The notes below the pieces were generated by a model. The model did not search any database. It saw only the letters and a list, made by a program, of their open reading frames with translations, and was not told the DNA's origin. Both the position numbers and the translations under genes were made by a program. From Camelus dromedarius (lineage: Eukaryota), in NCBI RefSeq assembly GCF_036321535.1, contig NC_087447.1, positions 51,710,001 to 51,774,000 on the forward strand: DNA of 64,000 bases, read 5' to 3'. Shown in pieces: positions 48,412-62,177 of the stretch. Within the stretch, counting starts at the first letter, position 1. Each line of letters opens with the position of its first letter.

Positions 48412-49222
48412 TTAAAAAAATGGGCAAAAGATCTGAACACTTTCACCAAAGAAGATACATAGATGACAAATAATCACATGAAAAGATGTTTGATGTCACT
48501 AGTCATTAGGGACATGAAAATGAAAATCACAATGTACCCATTACAATGGCTCAGATAAAAAATTCAACAATACTAAATGCAGATGACTACACAGAGCAAC
48601 GAAAATTCTTATACACTGCTGGTGAGAATGCAAAATAGTGCAACCACTGTACACAGAAAACAGTATGGCGTCCAATTATCACATGACCCATTGATCCCAC
48701 TCCTAGATATTTATCCAAGAGAAATGAAGACCTATGTCTACGCAAAAAACCCATGTATGAATGATTATAGCAGCTCTATTTATAATTGCCCAATCCTGGA
48801 AACTAAAATGTAAATGGACAAACAAATTGTGGTATATCCATACAATGCAGTATGGCTCAGCAATATAAAGGAACTAGCTACTGACATACACCACAACATA
48901 GAAGAATCTCAAAAGCATTATGTCAAGTGAAAGAAGCCAGCCTCAAAAGGTTACATGGCGTGTGATTCTATTTACTCAATATTCTGGAGAAGGCAAACTA
49001 GAGAGACAGAATCAGATCAGTGATTGCTGGGGGCTGGACTGAGGGGAAGACTGGCTACAAAGAGGCTTGAGAGACTACTTTGGAGTGATGGAAATATTCT
49101 ATATCCTGATGTGGAGGTAGTCAAATGACTATCTACTGGTGATAAAAATTCATATAACTGTACACCTAAAAAAGGTGACTTTTACTGTATGTAAGTTATG
49201 CCTTCATTAACTGGAAAAAAAA
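48412..49222 (+). mobile_element. Old L1M fragment (ORF2 end plus 3'UTR)
   Basis: AAAATGGGCAAAAGATCTGAACAC, GATCCCACTCCTAGATATTTATCCAAGAGAAATGAA and GGAGTGATGGAAATATTCTATATC. Confidence 0.8.
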
Positions 49223-49289
49223 TCAAGATTGTGATTGTGTCATGGAATCAACACACTGGGTTATAATCCATTGTAAAATTCCTTTTAGT

Positions 49290-49323
<34 letters not shown>

Positions 49324-49325
49324 GG
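49290..49325 (+). repeat. Compound (TG)n(AG)n microsatellite
   Basis: Seen directly. Confidence 0.9.
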
Positions 49326-52289
49326 AGAGGAGAGAAGGGGAGGAACTAGACTGTGATATAAAGTATACCTTCATCTTGTGGGTTGTGATAAAAATTGTAG
49401 AAACTGCTGCATAGTTTGTGATCTCTTTGAGAGCAGTGACACATCTCCTGTCCCTGCATATTCACTGCCCAGTACACAGTAGGTGCTGGTGGGAGAGAGG
49501 AAGTAATGGACATGCACTGAGAATTCTACTACATCCAAGGCCTTTATACCCATCAACCCTTTTAATTCATATAACAGTCCTACAAAGGAGGCATCCTTCT
49601 GTTTGGCAGACAGGAAACAGAGACTCAGAAAGACTAGGACTTGCCCAGGACACACAGCCAGTGAGTGGAGAGCTCATTCTCTTCCACCTCACAGGCTGCT
49701 GAGAGTTATAATAGCAACAAAAAGCTGTTTAATAGCTTCAACAAGTTTGAGAATCCCTGAAGCAGCCTTTTAAAACACTGCTCTGCAGCTTGCTTGGCAA
49801 GCAGCAGCTACCACCTGCTAAGCACACACCTCCTGCTTTTCCAATGCTGGGAGCTTCACCCAACACATGGTAGCACTTTTATTTTTAATAAAAATATATA
49901 GAACAGTACAGAGAATGATACTATTGTGCTGAATGCTCTTTATATGCATTACCTCATTTGATGTCTTTACAAGCACTTGGTGAGATAGATGCTATTATTT
50001 CTATTTTACAGATGAGAAAACTGAGGTTCAGAAAGGTTAAGAGACTGCTCAAAGTTACACAGCTAGCCACTGGAGGAGCTGCAATCTGAATCCAGGTCTG
50101 TGTGAGTCCAACACCTCTGATGGTTTCCCCTTCCCACCTTGGGGTCCCAACGTGAGTGGGAGATGCACTGACGGACGTTCCCTTACGCTCTGTTCAGATC
50201 AGACTGGGGTCGGTCCTTCAGTAGCTAGTCCATGGCTGGCCTGGGGACATGGGGACAGGATCCCAGGATGGCACAGAGCCCCTCCATAGCTGATACAGGG
50301 CAAGTCCACTGAGAGGTCTAAGCCCTTCCGCTTCAGCAGCAACTCATGATGTCTAATGACAAAGCAGCAAAACACAAAAAGCCAGGCTCTTAAAAGCCAG
50401 ATTAGAAAAGATGAATGGGAATACGAACTGAACCACGAAGGAGATAAAAGGAACCCCACCACTGTGTCTGAATAACTTTTCTTAAGCAGGAGACTTTCCA
50501 AGTCTGCCTCCTAATTTGAAAAGAACCAAGAAAAAGATCAGCCCCATCTCCCTCTCTGAGAAAACGAGGAAATTACGCCACGTGGATCCTCGAACCATCT
50601 GACTGGGCAGGGAAGGCCAGGAGACTGGGGAACTTGGGGGCTGTGGCTGGAATTCTCTCCTCCCTGAAATGGGTCTGTAGCTCAAATAGGGGCAGTGGGG
50701 GGTTACATGGATCTTAAGGCTCAGCCTGGTACCACACGAAGGACAATTCCAGTCTGGGGTCTGAAAGTCACCCAGTTACAACCTCTTATTGTGACACACA
50801 CAGGAAACAGAATTCTTTGAGGGGAGATATCCCATAAGGAAGGGCAGCCAGACATCGCTCTAGAGTCCTGCTTTAAAACTATGTGCCTACGGTCCCTGCA
50901 GGCCTTACGAGAGACAAAGCTACTGCTCAGTGGGTGCTTACTGGGTGCTTACTGGGCACTTACTGGGTACCACAGCTGTGCTAGATGCTTGTTTAGCCCA
51001 GAACACCTCTTTGAGGAAAGTATTACCTCCAGTTAACAAATGAGAACCTGAGGCTCTAAGAGGTAGGTAACCTGCCCAAAGCAGTGATGGAGCCAGGATT
51101 CAGGCCCAGGCCTGTCTGACTGCAATGCTCTGAATGATCTCCTTGGTCATTCAGCAGCCAGTTCCCTTGGAGAGGTCTGTCACTTGTCCCCTTCCAGCTC
51201 TTACCAGGTGCTCTCACACTTGTCACCTTAACTTGATTCTGACCTACATGAGACCAGTGGGCAGAGAATCAAGATTTCCTGAGCACTGAGGACATGCCCC
51301 AAGCTATGTTAGGTGCCTTCCTGTAGATTATTTCATTACGATACCACCCAGAGGTGGTGAGGTAGGTACGATTATTGCCCCAATTTTGGTGGGTTTTAAA
51401 ACTGAAGCACAGAATAGTGAAGACAGCTGCTTAAGATCACACAGCTAGAGGTAGCAGAACTAGAATTCCAATGAGGTCTCTCTTCAAAGCCTGTACCCTT
51501 GCAGAAACAAATCTATGACATTTTATTAAGAAGCATAAATAAGATTTAAATAGAGACCTGTGATGATTCTGAGAGGGAAGATCTTAAAGTTGTTCTTCTA
51601 AAATTAATTATAGTTGCTATGCTACCCTAGTCCAACTCCCAAAAATATTTTTTCAAAAGATTAAAAAAAAAGATTAAAATCTTATTTTGGAAAAATTGGT
51701 AATAACCTGAAAGAATATTTGAAAAAGAGTAAGAAGTCTTAGTGTAATATATTAAATCAGATTATAAGGCAATGACATTTCAAACTATGATATTAAAACA
51801 ATGAAAAAGGGAAGGAATTTTATAATACATGCATTGAAAAGACTGGTTAGCAGTTTTTAAAAATAAATACATATTGATCCTTACAACAACTCTAGGACAC
51901 AGGCAGGACAGATCACATTATCCTTATTTCACAGACTCAGAGAGGATGAATCTCTGGCCCAGGGCTTTGTGTCCATTCTTGACCTCTGAGTCATGGCCTC
52001 TGGGAGGTTCCAGGTTTGGACACTGCTCAGAAGACCAGTCCTTTGGAGGCAGCCTGGGGTCTTACGGGTCTTGAGCAAGAGACTGAACCCAGACACGGAG
52101 GTCCTAGCCCACAGTCTGTACACTTGTGGAGCCTTGGAACAGTCAAGGGCTCTTTCTGTGTAATTTCCTACATTACTACCCACTGAGCTTCCATAATAAA
52201 GCTATTTTATGTGCAATCTACTCTTTTACACAATGAGGACCAGTTGTTGTAATAAGTTAATCTATTAAGCATTGACAATTATCTATCTA

Positions 52290-52868
52290 TCCATCCATCA
52301 TTTCTTAGCTCTGTTCAAAGAGCCTAGAAATGATACCCTGGTAGCAAGGAGCACACTTGACCCTAGATCTTGGTTTTTAAACGTTATCTCCTACAAAAAG
52401 AAACCAGGGCTTCCTGGGGATACTGATGATTGCAGGACTTTGACAGGAAAAGTTCAAGGTTAGCCTGGAACATCTCTTTCGAGCCAGCAAAGAAGATATC
52501 AGAGATTAATGAGGTCATGTCAGGAGACTGTAAAAGTTCTCATCATAAGAAAAAAATTCTTTTGTTAATTATGTGTGGTGATCATTTTGCAATATATACA
52601 GATATCAAATCATGTTTACAGCTAAAACTAGTAAGTGTTATATGTCAATTATATATATCAAAAAAAAAAAAAAAAAAAAAAGGAGCACAGGAGCTGACCT
52701 GAAGGGACCCTCATTGGCCAAATTTGGGATAATTTGAGTACCAAAAAGATGAATGATAATAGGGTATAATATATTGAATTAAAAAAAATAATGATGAGTC
52801 TATGTTACTCCAAAAAGAAAAAAGAGGGACAGGAGAGGGAGTGAGAAAGACAGATAGACAGACAGACA

Positions 52869-52909
<41 letters not shown>

Positions 52910-53620
52910 GAACAAGTTACTCTGTAGCAATATCAGCTAATAAATATAGAAACAATGACATAATTAGAAAATTATGGTTTCTTAATCCTCAATGTTGCAA
53001 TTCAGGCAAGGATCAACAACAAGTGTGGAGCAAAAGGTTATCTGGGATACATAATTCCAACAGTTTCAAAGCCTTATTAGTTGCAAGAGGGAAAAACTTA
53101 CCCTTATAATGGAGAGATCAGGCTGTCATGATGTTAACCAATAATCAAACTTAGCATTCATGTATAGTAGGACCCTGATATCATATGCCTCCTAATGTGG
53201 TACAATAAGAAGTACACAGCATTGCCAGGGGGAAAAAAAAAAACCCAACTAAGCTGAACCTAATTATTGATAAAATAAAGTTTAAACAAATGGAGAGGCT
53301 CTATCTAGATGAAATGAGTTGTTAAAGAGATATAATTAAATGCAATGCATGAATCTTGACTGCATCTGATTAAAACTATTTTTTTTGGCAGTTGGATGAA
53401 TTTGAATCTCAATTATTTATTAGATAATACTGAGTTCTTGCTACTTTTCTTAGGTAAAATAATGGTCTTATGGTTATGTTGCAGACTGTTATAATTAGGG
53501 GAAATATGTTGAAGAATTTAGGGGCCAAGTGTCAAGATGTCTAACTTTTCAAAAGCTTAGCAAAAAGTGTGAGTGTATAGAAGCAAAATTGGTAACATGA
53601 ATTGGTGCATCTAGGTGATT
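52290..53620 (+). mobile_element. L1MC-type 3'UTR with an inserted short L1 3' end (~52530-52682) and (CA)n (~52870-52908)
   Basis: GAGCCTAGAAATGATACCCTGGTAGCAA...AAACCAGGGCTTCCTGG is L1MC4-like. A second polyA-tailed L1 piece lies inside. Confidence 0.6.
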
Positions 53621-56310
53621 CTAAAAATATTTTTATTTTAAAGGAAAGGGGAAGAAATTACAGTTCTCTCGTGGCACTACGAATGTAAAGTTCCAGTCAG
53701 AGTGCCTGACCCCAATAAATAACCAGATTCCATAAATATTAGATTTGTTATTATTACTACTAAAAAGCATTAACATTTTATAATCTTCCTCTCCTGGTCT
53801 CTCAGTGCTCTGGAGGATGAGGAAGCCAACCGGGGCTAAGCTAAAACAGCCCACAGTTGATGGAGGGGTTAGAATTTATACCCGAGTGGTCTCTCTACAT
53901 AGCCCCACCAGCCACAGAAACCACAACACTAGGACTGCCTGTCTCCATACCGAGATCCAGACAGGGAGAAAACAGCTGTTCAGGCCTTATTTCCTCTGCT
54001 TTCTCCTGAACTTAGTCTCTGCTACTGTAGCAGCAAAGAAACTCCTGTCATGGCTTACTAAGCATGACTAAGTATATTCACAAAGAGGGGTTACTTCTGG
54101 GCCTCAGACAGAAAGAACTGGAGGGGCTTTGTGGAGAGAGGAAAGTGCATGGGCTTTGGCATCACCTGGGCCTGCATTTGAATCAGGTTCTGCCTCTTAA
54201 CTAGCTGTGTGGCCCTAAGGCCAGTTCTTGGGCAGATGCTGGTGATCATAACAATCGCAGGAATAATAATGGCTGACATGTATTAAGTGGTTACTACTGT
54301 GCTGGGTACTTAATGCATGTCAATCTCATGGATGAACTAGATGCTTATTATTATCCCTATTTTACAGACCAGCTATGCCAAGCCTTCTACCTCTGCAGCT
54401 TGGTATCTGCTATCCCTCTGCTTGCACTGTGAAGGAAAATCCCATTCACCTGCCAGGCCCCTCAGCTGCAATTCCCTCCTTCCTCCTCTGCATTTCCAGA
54501 GCATTTTATTCTCACCCCTTTCCAAGGCCCACTTTCCTTAAGTAGATGGGTGCCTGGCCACACTGTTAGGGCTGGGATCTCCCCTCTCTCTACCTTCAGA
54601 AGCAGGCAGAATAAGGAATGGGGAAGAAGTTTCTTTCTGTTTAGTCAGATCCATTTTCCTAGTCCCGGACTGTCGTCACTAATAGGGAGGTTTATCACCC
54701 TCTCCTGAATTTTAAAACCTTTTTATTTTGACACAGTCTCTTGAATTTTCAGTGTGGAATCTGAAACACGGGGCAAGGTCCAGGTAACTACCTGGAGGTA
54801 AATACAAGAACTCTCACTGCACAGGGGAGGGATAGAACATAGCTGGGTAAATTTCAAGGATGACAATGCTAAGAGTGAGTAATGTGTCTCCCAATAAACT
54901 GGAGCAGCCTTCCCCATCTTAGCCCACTAGGATGAAGACTCTGCTTACACCCCGCAGACAACGTGGGGCACTGCTGTTCACCTCACCCAACAGCTGTATC
55001 TTTAGCCCTGTTTTGCCCAGTTCATATGAGAAGCTCACAGGTTGCTCCATTACCCCCACATCAGAGAGAAAAAAGGTGCTTCTCAGACACAGGTGGCACA
55101 CATAGACCCCTGAAGGAGTTGCCCAGCAGGGAAAAGTGGGCTGGAGGAGGGAAGCCACCTGACCTGGGTTGCAGGGCAAAGTATTCTCTCATCTGGCGCA
55201 CATTCCTGACAACTATCACCATCCCCTACCCTCTTCCAGAATTTTCCTTCATCCTCTTAGCTCACTCTCAGGCTTCATCTTTTAGTTTTCCTCAGGCACA
55301 AGCACCCCATGTCAATCATTCTCTTCCTTATGGTCTTCCTGCACCTCACAACAATGGTAATATATGAACAAATGGCTTTCATATCCATCTCCTCATTTCA
55401 TCCTCACAATAACTATAGGAGGGTTGTCTTATAGGTTGGCATTCAGAAGGGTTAAGGAAGCTGGTCCTGTCGCACAGCCTGTGAAGGGCAGTACGTGGAC
55501 ACTCTTGTCTGTTCCCTGCCATTCACTACAGATTAAACCAATACCTCCCTGAAGTGCAAGGAAAAAAAGTAAGGGTCTTTGTAGTAAGGAGTCCTGGGTG
55601 ATTTGGGGCAAGACACTTCACCTCTCTTGAGCCTCAAGTTCCTCATCTGTAAACAGATATGGTGACGCCTTTACAGGGTGTGAGTTAAATGAGATCATAT
55701 GTGTGACGCACTGAGTTCAAGGGATGGACTCTTTATTTCTGGTCACAAGGAAAGGAAGGTGTTCTGTGCATCCACAGGCATTTGTCCATTCGGGCACCCT
55801 CTTGCCCAAACCGTATCAACGCTGTTGACACTGGGCTTTCCAGGGCTAGGAGGGGTCTTTTTCATCTTTGCGTCTCCTCCCCCCCACCCCCCAGTGCTTT
55901 TCGGCCCATTCCACCCAATCCAACCCAGGCATATCTCATTGGCTTTCTCAGCACCCTCTCCCCATCCCCGTAGCCCTCTTCTCAGATCTCACGCGTGTTC
56001 CCCTTCTTACCTAGAGACTCCGCCCCTCCTAGCCCCACCCACCAGACTCCTCCCACAGTTTCAGCTCTCATTATCCGGGCTTTTCCTACCATCATCATCC
56101 ATCCAGGCTCCTTCCACCAGCTCCGCCCTCTCTTCCCCCTAAGGTCCCCTTCCCCGCAGCCACAGGCGTTGCTATCCCCATTGCACAGATGAGAACAGCG
56201 AGGCTAGGGTGGGCTAGATGACCTCTCATGGTAGGACAGGTGCCCAGATGGGCCTGCGTCCCCTCACCGTCTGACCCTGGGCCCCGCGACCCCGGCCACG
56301 CCGCACCCAC

Positions 56311-56420
56311 CTCCTGCCCTCGCTCTGCAACCTCCCCTCCGCAGGCAGCCGGCGCAGCTTTGCAAGGGGGCGGAGGGTCACAGCCCAGCCCAGGGGCGTG
56401 GCGTGGCAGGACCCGCGCGC
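56311..56420 (-). other. KCTD21: Probable non-coding first exon of KCTD21 (5' boundary approximate)
   Basis: The coding exon has an acceptor, so an upstream exon is needed. A minus-strand donor GGAG|GTGGGT at 56311/56310 lies in the CpG island. Confidence 0.55.
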
Positions 56421-56659
56421 TGCGTTCAGGAACTTGTAGTTCTCCTTGGGCTCTTTGCGGCTCGCCGCGCCAAGTGCGAACTCCATCTCCCAGGAGGAAT
56501 TGCAGTTAGTCGTCCAGCTCCCGCCCCGCCCATGCCAGCACTCAGACCGGCTGGACTTAAAGGGGACGCGGCCCGAGTGGCGGTTCGCGGGGTAGACCCC
56601 GCTCCGGCTCCGCCCCGTTTCCCGCACCTCGCCCCTCCCCCCACTTCGCCCCGCAGCTC

Positions 56660-56896
56660 CGCGGCCGCGCCGCTGAGTCTGACTGTCTGGCTATATGCTT
56701 GTGCAGAGCGGGGTGGAGAGGTTGGACTTTGCAGTGGAAGCAGCATCCCTGCTGTCTGGGACCTGGCGGAGGGCGTCCCCACTTCGGGGGAAGCAAAGGG
56801 CCAGCCCTGACCTATCCTGGCCTAGACTGGTCCTGCCCAGCCTGAGCCCTCCGTCCAGGAGCCGGCTCTGAGGCAGGGGCTACTGTGGTCCCCGAG
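56660..56896 (+). other. USP35: Probable non-coding first exon of USP35 (5' boundary approximate)
   Basis: Strong plus-strand donor CGAG|GTAAGG at 56896/56897 in the CpG island. The downstream coding exon has an acceptor and needs an upstream exon. Confidence 0.55.
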
Positions 56897-57761
56897 GTAA
56901 GGGGGCTGGGGCGTGTTTGCAGGTTGGGGGAGGGAGTGTCTGCACCTTCATGGTTCGAGAGCCTGAAACACGCGCGTAGGGTTCTGAGAGTACAGCGTTG
57001 GGAGGCGAGAGGTCTCCGTATATCCTGGGCCTGGCTGTGTGACCTTGGGCGAGTAGCTGCCCCTCTCTGGGCCGTAGCCTCCTTCTTCATCAATTGTGTA
57101 TATAGGTGATCCGGCCCCAGCCTCTGTCCCCCTCAGGGCTAAGGGCACCCGCGCCCAGTATCATGAAGCTCGCCAGCCTTCCGTGGGATCCGCAGCCCCA
57201 GCCTGGGCGGGGAGCGAGTGAGCTGGTGTAACTGGAGAGAGGGGTGGGGCCGAGCTGGGATACAGACTGGGGGGCCAAGAGGCCACGCTTGAAATGGGCT
57301 TCTGTTATTCTCAGCATCCTCTGCCTGAGTGTACTCCCCCTACAAGAACCCTTGTGAACAGGAGACCCCATGTGTCAGCCTGGTGCCCGCCCTTCCAGAA
57401 AGCCTAGGGTTGGGGCAGGGAGGCGGCCATCAGAGGTATGTGAGGGGTGGTCCCCCCAGTGGGGATGGGTTCTTGAGAACCTTCTTCCCTTCTCCCCCTT
57501 AATTCCCTTTCAGTAAAGAGTACTTGCTCGTTGCTAGTAATTCACACCCTTGCCAGCCACCCCCCCCAACCTTTTTATTCTTTCTTTCCAGGAGACAGTT
57601 GGGGGCCTCCCAGTAGCATGATGAGGGGGGATCCTTCCCAGGGCTGCCTTGAGTAGAAGTTCAGTTAAAAAATAGAGAGAGATACTGCTGCCCAGAGACC
57701 TGGGGGACCAGGCATGGAGGCACTTATAGGTGTCAGGAGGGGACATCCTGGTTCCCCACCA

Positions 57762-57826
57762 ACACACACACACACCACACACACACACACACCACACCAC
57801 ACACACACGCACACGCACACGCACAC
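57762..57826 (+). repeat. Imperfect (CA)n/(CACGCA)n microsatellite in the presumed USP35 intron 1
   Basis: Seen directly. Confidence 0.9.
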
Positions 57827-60800
57827 AGGGCAGCTCTAGCACCCAGGGGAGTCAAAGGAGGGAGACTGGGTATGAGGGTTAGGGAGGAGAGGAAATGCGC
57901 TCTTCAACTCTTAGATGCTATGCTGGGGCTTGGAGGGTCTGCTGTGCTCTGGGGTATGGAGAAATTGAGAGTAGCCTTCTTGAAGTCCCCTACCCTGTCG
58001 CATGAGATTCTGTGAACTTTTGACCTGAGGGTTAACCAGGAACAGGTTTTTTTGTTTGTTTTTTGTTTTCTTTTTGGTTGTTTGAGTCATTTCTAGAATG
58101 GCTAAAGCCTCACTCAAGCCTATCCAGTGACTTCTGTAAAGATTTTCTTGCCTGATGTTTAAGATTCTCAGGGTTATGGATATGCAAGACCAGATCTGGG
58201 CAGATGACGGCAGTGACAGGACCAAGGATTAGGCCAGTTGCTGGAAGGTGCTTTTTTCATCATATCCTTGGTTTTATCTCATCTTGCTGTCACATGTCTC
58301 TTGGTCACTTGGCACTCCTTCACCTCTGTGCTTGGTCCTGTGCTGGGCATAGACAGGGGAATTAGACCTACTTCCAGCCAAAGGAGATGCTGGCCTGGTG
58401 GGGGAGATAGACAAAATCCAGTTACACCGCTGAGGGATGAGAGAAGTGAAGAGGGCCTTGGGAAGCCAGAGCCCAGAGACTTTGAGTCACAGGGTGATTG
58501 GGAAAGGCTTCCCAGAGGAGGGGGCATGTGACCTGGGCATTGAAGGATGAGTCAGAATTTGCCAGGAGAGGAGAGGGAGAAGCCCTTTCCCAGCAGAGTG
58601 GACATCACCAAAGTGTCGAGCAGGAAAAAGCCCACTACCCAAATTCCTGTAGATTTACCACGGAACAGAGTTTGTCAAGTTTATCTCCAACCCCACCTCA
58701 TATCAGCTCAGTGTCATAGAAAGGACTTGAATGTCAGGCTCAGGAGTTTGGACCTTATCCTGAACGGGCCGGGGACCCTTGAGGGATCTGAGCAGGGGCA
58801 GGGCAGGATGGAGTTTATTGTCTAAGGAGGTTAATCTAACAATATTTGCAGGGTGGGTGGGAGAGACCAGGGAGGGGGTGAGGCAGGGCATCGGAGTTGC
58901 GCGCACATATGCACACACACACACACACTGGGTGCTTTGGGGGTGATGGAGATGAGCCAGGCTCTACCAATACACATTGGGAATGTGGAGGATCATTCAA
59001 GAGGGACAGATAAAGGGATCTGGGCCTTCTAGGGGAGGGATCATGACTTTCCTGTGTGCTTACTGTGTGCCCTGGAGCAGGCTGGGTGTTGCTGGGACTC
59101 CCAGGCAGTCCTGTCAGCAGTGAGAGATACAAGCCAAGGATGTGGGGAGGAGCTGCAGCACTGGCTGGGAAAGGCTAAGGGGTGGGCAGGTATTCATCTC
59201 CCATTTTGGGGTTTGGGGTGGAAAAGCACCAACCTTGATGGCTGTGGCCACAGTAGGGGGTAGTGGCTGGACTAGATTTGAAATCTGGACTCTACTCCTG
59301 CAGGACACCTGCCTCAATGGAGGATGGATTGAGGGAGGGAAAGAGGAGATTGGTTAGGAGGTACTGCACTAGTTCAGGCAAGAGGTCAAGAGGAGGTGAT
59401 TTTGAGTGAGGCTGGAGCTCAGAGGAGACTCAGTGGAAATGCTGAGTTGGCAGTGAGGGCTAATGGATACAATTCCTAGTAGAATAAGCTAAATCAGGAG
59501 TGTCTCCTCAGCTCCTTCTGTGACACTGTCTTTCTCTCTCAGTGCCAGATGTCCCAAGAATAGACTCATGGCCAGCCCTCATCTTTTTTATACCTTATCG
59601 CAACCTCATCAGTGGTAAGCCCAAATGGTCCCTATTTTCCAGTGAGAAGGTTGAGGCAGGAACTCATCCAAGGTCACCTGGTGATTCTGAAGCAGAGAAC
59701 CTGGGTCTCAAGCGTTTAATGCAGGCTCTTCTGAGGGAGGACGTGGCTGCTGTTTGCTGATGCATTTGCTGTGGGGCAGCTGTCTCTTGGGTCAGAGCCA
59801 GTGTCGATAGGCCATATCCTCGTCCAGAGTCTAGAAGGAAGGATAATCCACCCTCCCCCGAGGACTGCTGGCAGTCTGCTTCTGCCTCCCTAAGAGAGGC
59901 TAAGTTCAGGTTCTAATCCCACCCTGCCAAGGCTGTGTCTTTCTCCTTTGTTGATACTTGGCTTCTCCATCTGTGCCATAGGAAAAGCAGGCATTGTTCT
60001 GCCTCCCTTTCGTGGCTTGGAATGGGTCAGGTGAGGTCCAGCCCTCTAAAAACCCCTTTGCATGAATGCATCCAAGATATTAGTGAGTGGGTTTGTTGGT
60101 GACCATGGTGACAGCTGGCCTCAGACTGCCTGCGTGGGAGTAGGGGCAGGTAGGCAGGGCTTGCTGGAGTGGTCAGGCCACAGGCTGCACAGAGGCTGCA
60201 GGGCTGGCCTCGGAGATCAGAGCCCTCATAAAATGACTCTACTGACCGAGCTCCCAGCTGCCAGGCAAAACCACCTGATGTGGGCGGTAACGGGTAGAAT
60301 GATGGGAATTGGCAGTGTCTGATCCCTCACTTTTAAGTGGTTCAACCTGATATCATTTATCCCCATTTTACAGAAAAGAGGCTCAAGTGACTGGCATGGG
60401 AGATACCAGCCACAGAGAAATAAGCCTGATCCCTGCCCCAAGGAGCTAACAATCTGGTGAGAGAGAGATAAGCAAATGAGCCCATTGCATTGTAACACAT
60501 GCAGTAATGGAGGTTTGGTCTCCAGGACAGAGAAGGGAAGGGCTTCACAGAGCCTGGTGCATAGTTGGGGTCCCACAGTATCTGTGGTTTTGAATAAAAG
60601 TTTCTGGCCCATCATCTGGGAAATTTCTGGCTTGTCTTCACACCTACCCTAGGTCTCAAGAATAGAGTAGTTTTTACTGAGCCAATAAGTTTAATTAAAC
60701 ACCTAATGTACGCTGAGCCTTATATCAAGTCTTGCCTAGAGTGGGATTATTCAAATAAACAAAGAAATGGTCTGGCCTTTTAGGAGCTGAGAGTTGGATA

Positions 60801-62177
60801 TTAAGAGAGCAGTTTGAACCTATGGGAACCAGGATGAGAATCAGGTGTCAAAGAGGGTCAGTTTGGGGTAAAACCTTCCAGGAAACAGCCCAAATGGAGT
60901 GGAAGGGCAGAGGGAAGACTATTATGGCTCAGAGGAATAAGGTAGCAGTAACTCACACTGTACTCTGCATTTGCTCATTCAACAAATGCCTACTATGTGC
61001 CAGGTACTGTATAAGGTGCAGGGGATAAAGTGGTAAATGAAACCCGACATGGTTCCTGCCCTAAGGAACTAATATAGTATAGTGGAGGAGGATGACCCCA
61101 ATCAAGTAATCATGGTAAGTGCTATAAAGGAGGACAGGATGTCCTGAGATTGTTAACAGAGGCATTTGATCCAGACAGAGAGGTATGGCAAACCTTCCTT
61201 GAGGAAGAAGTTGGCAGAGATCTGTGGGGTGAGCCAAGCAAGGAAGGGAGGGAAGAACAAGTACAAAAGCCCAGTAGCAGGGAGAACATAGTGTGAGTCA
61301 AGAGTGAGGGGCTGGTGTGGGCTGAGGCTAGGGAGGCAGACAGGGCCTGCATGTGCAGGGCTGAGCACAGAGATGAGATGCTCTGCCTTAAAGATTTGGA
61401 CCCATAAAACCTGGCCATGTGATCCCAGCGGCAATGGAAGAAGGGGCCACGGGTGGCTGTAGGAATCAAGATAAGGGATGAATTCATTAAGGTTCTCATT
61501 AAGGACAAGGGTTTTTAGGTGGGCTTCAAAGGAAAATAAGATTTTGCCTGATTGTATGAGTGTGTGGTGGTGGTGGAAGTCTTGGGAGACAGGATGCTTC
61601 AGGCAAAAGGCACAGTGTACATACACAAAGAGGTGGAATCTTAGAAAGGGGTAGGTCACTTGAGAAAGAGCAGGAAGTTGATTGGGGCAAAATGAAGTGT
61701 GCAAGGGATCTCAGAAAGCCCTGTAGGCCCTCTTTCCCTGAGGTGTGATTTGTGTGTGTGGCCAGCTCATTTCCCCATGGGACATGACTTGACCGAGACT
61801 CGGCAGCCGTTTCTAAACCCAGCTTTTTTACTTGCCTTGCCAAGAATGGATAGGGTCACCAGGAGGCCTGGGGAGAGAGGGGTAAAGGGGTAGCGGAGAG
61901 GGGAAGGCTCAGATGTTGCCTTTGTGAGCTGAAGGGCGCTCATCAGCAATAACTACAACCCACTGGGGCTTATTATATACCAGGCATTGTGCTTTACTTC
62001 ATCATGATACAACCCAGTGAGGTAAGTATCCTTTCCCCGTTTCACAGATGGGGAACTGAGGCACAGAAAGGTTGAGTTTCTCGCCCCCCAAGTCTCAGCA
62101 CGCAGGGGATCACGTGGGGGATCGGACCTGTCCGGCAGAGTGTGACCCTGCTCCCCACCCCCCACAGCGCAGCTACT

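Larger units (their letters stand above)
56260..57220. promoter_or_regulatory. CpG-island bidirectional promoter KCTD21(-)/USP35(+)
   Basis: CpG-dense, with several CCGCCC GC boxes (56520-56650) and ACTACA/TCCCAG-type motifs at 56425-56507. It lies between two divergently oriented genes. Confidence 0.85.

Noticed and set aside
56095..57371. Many overlapping Pro/Arg/Gly-rich ORFs
   Set aside because: Explained by stop-codon depletion in a CpG island; no protein similarity.
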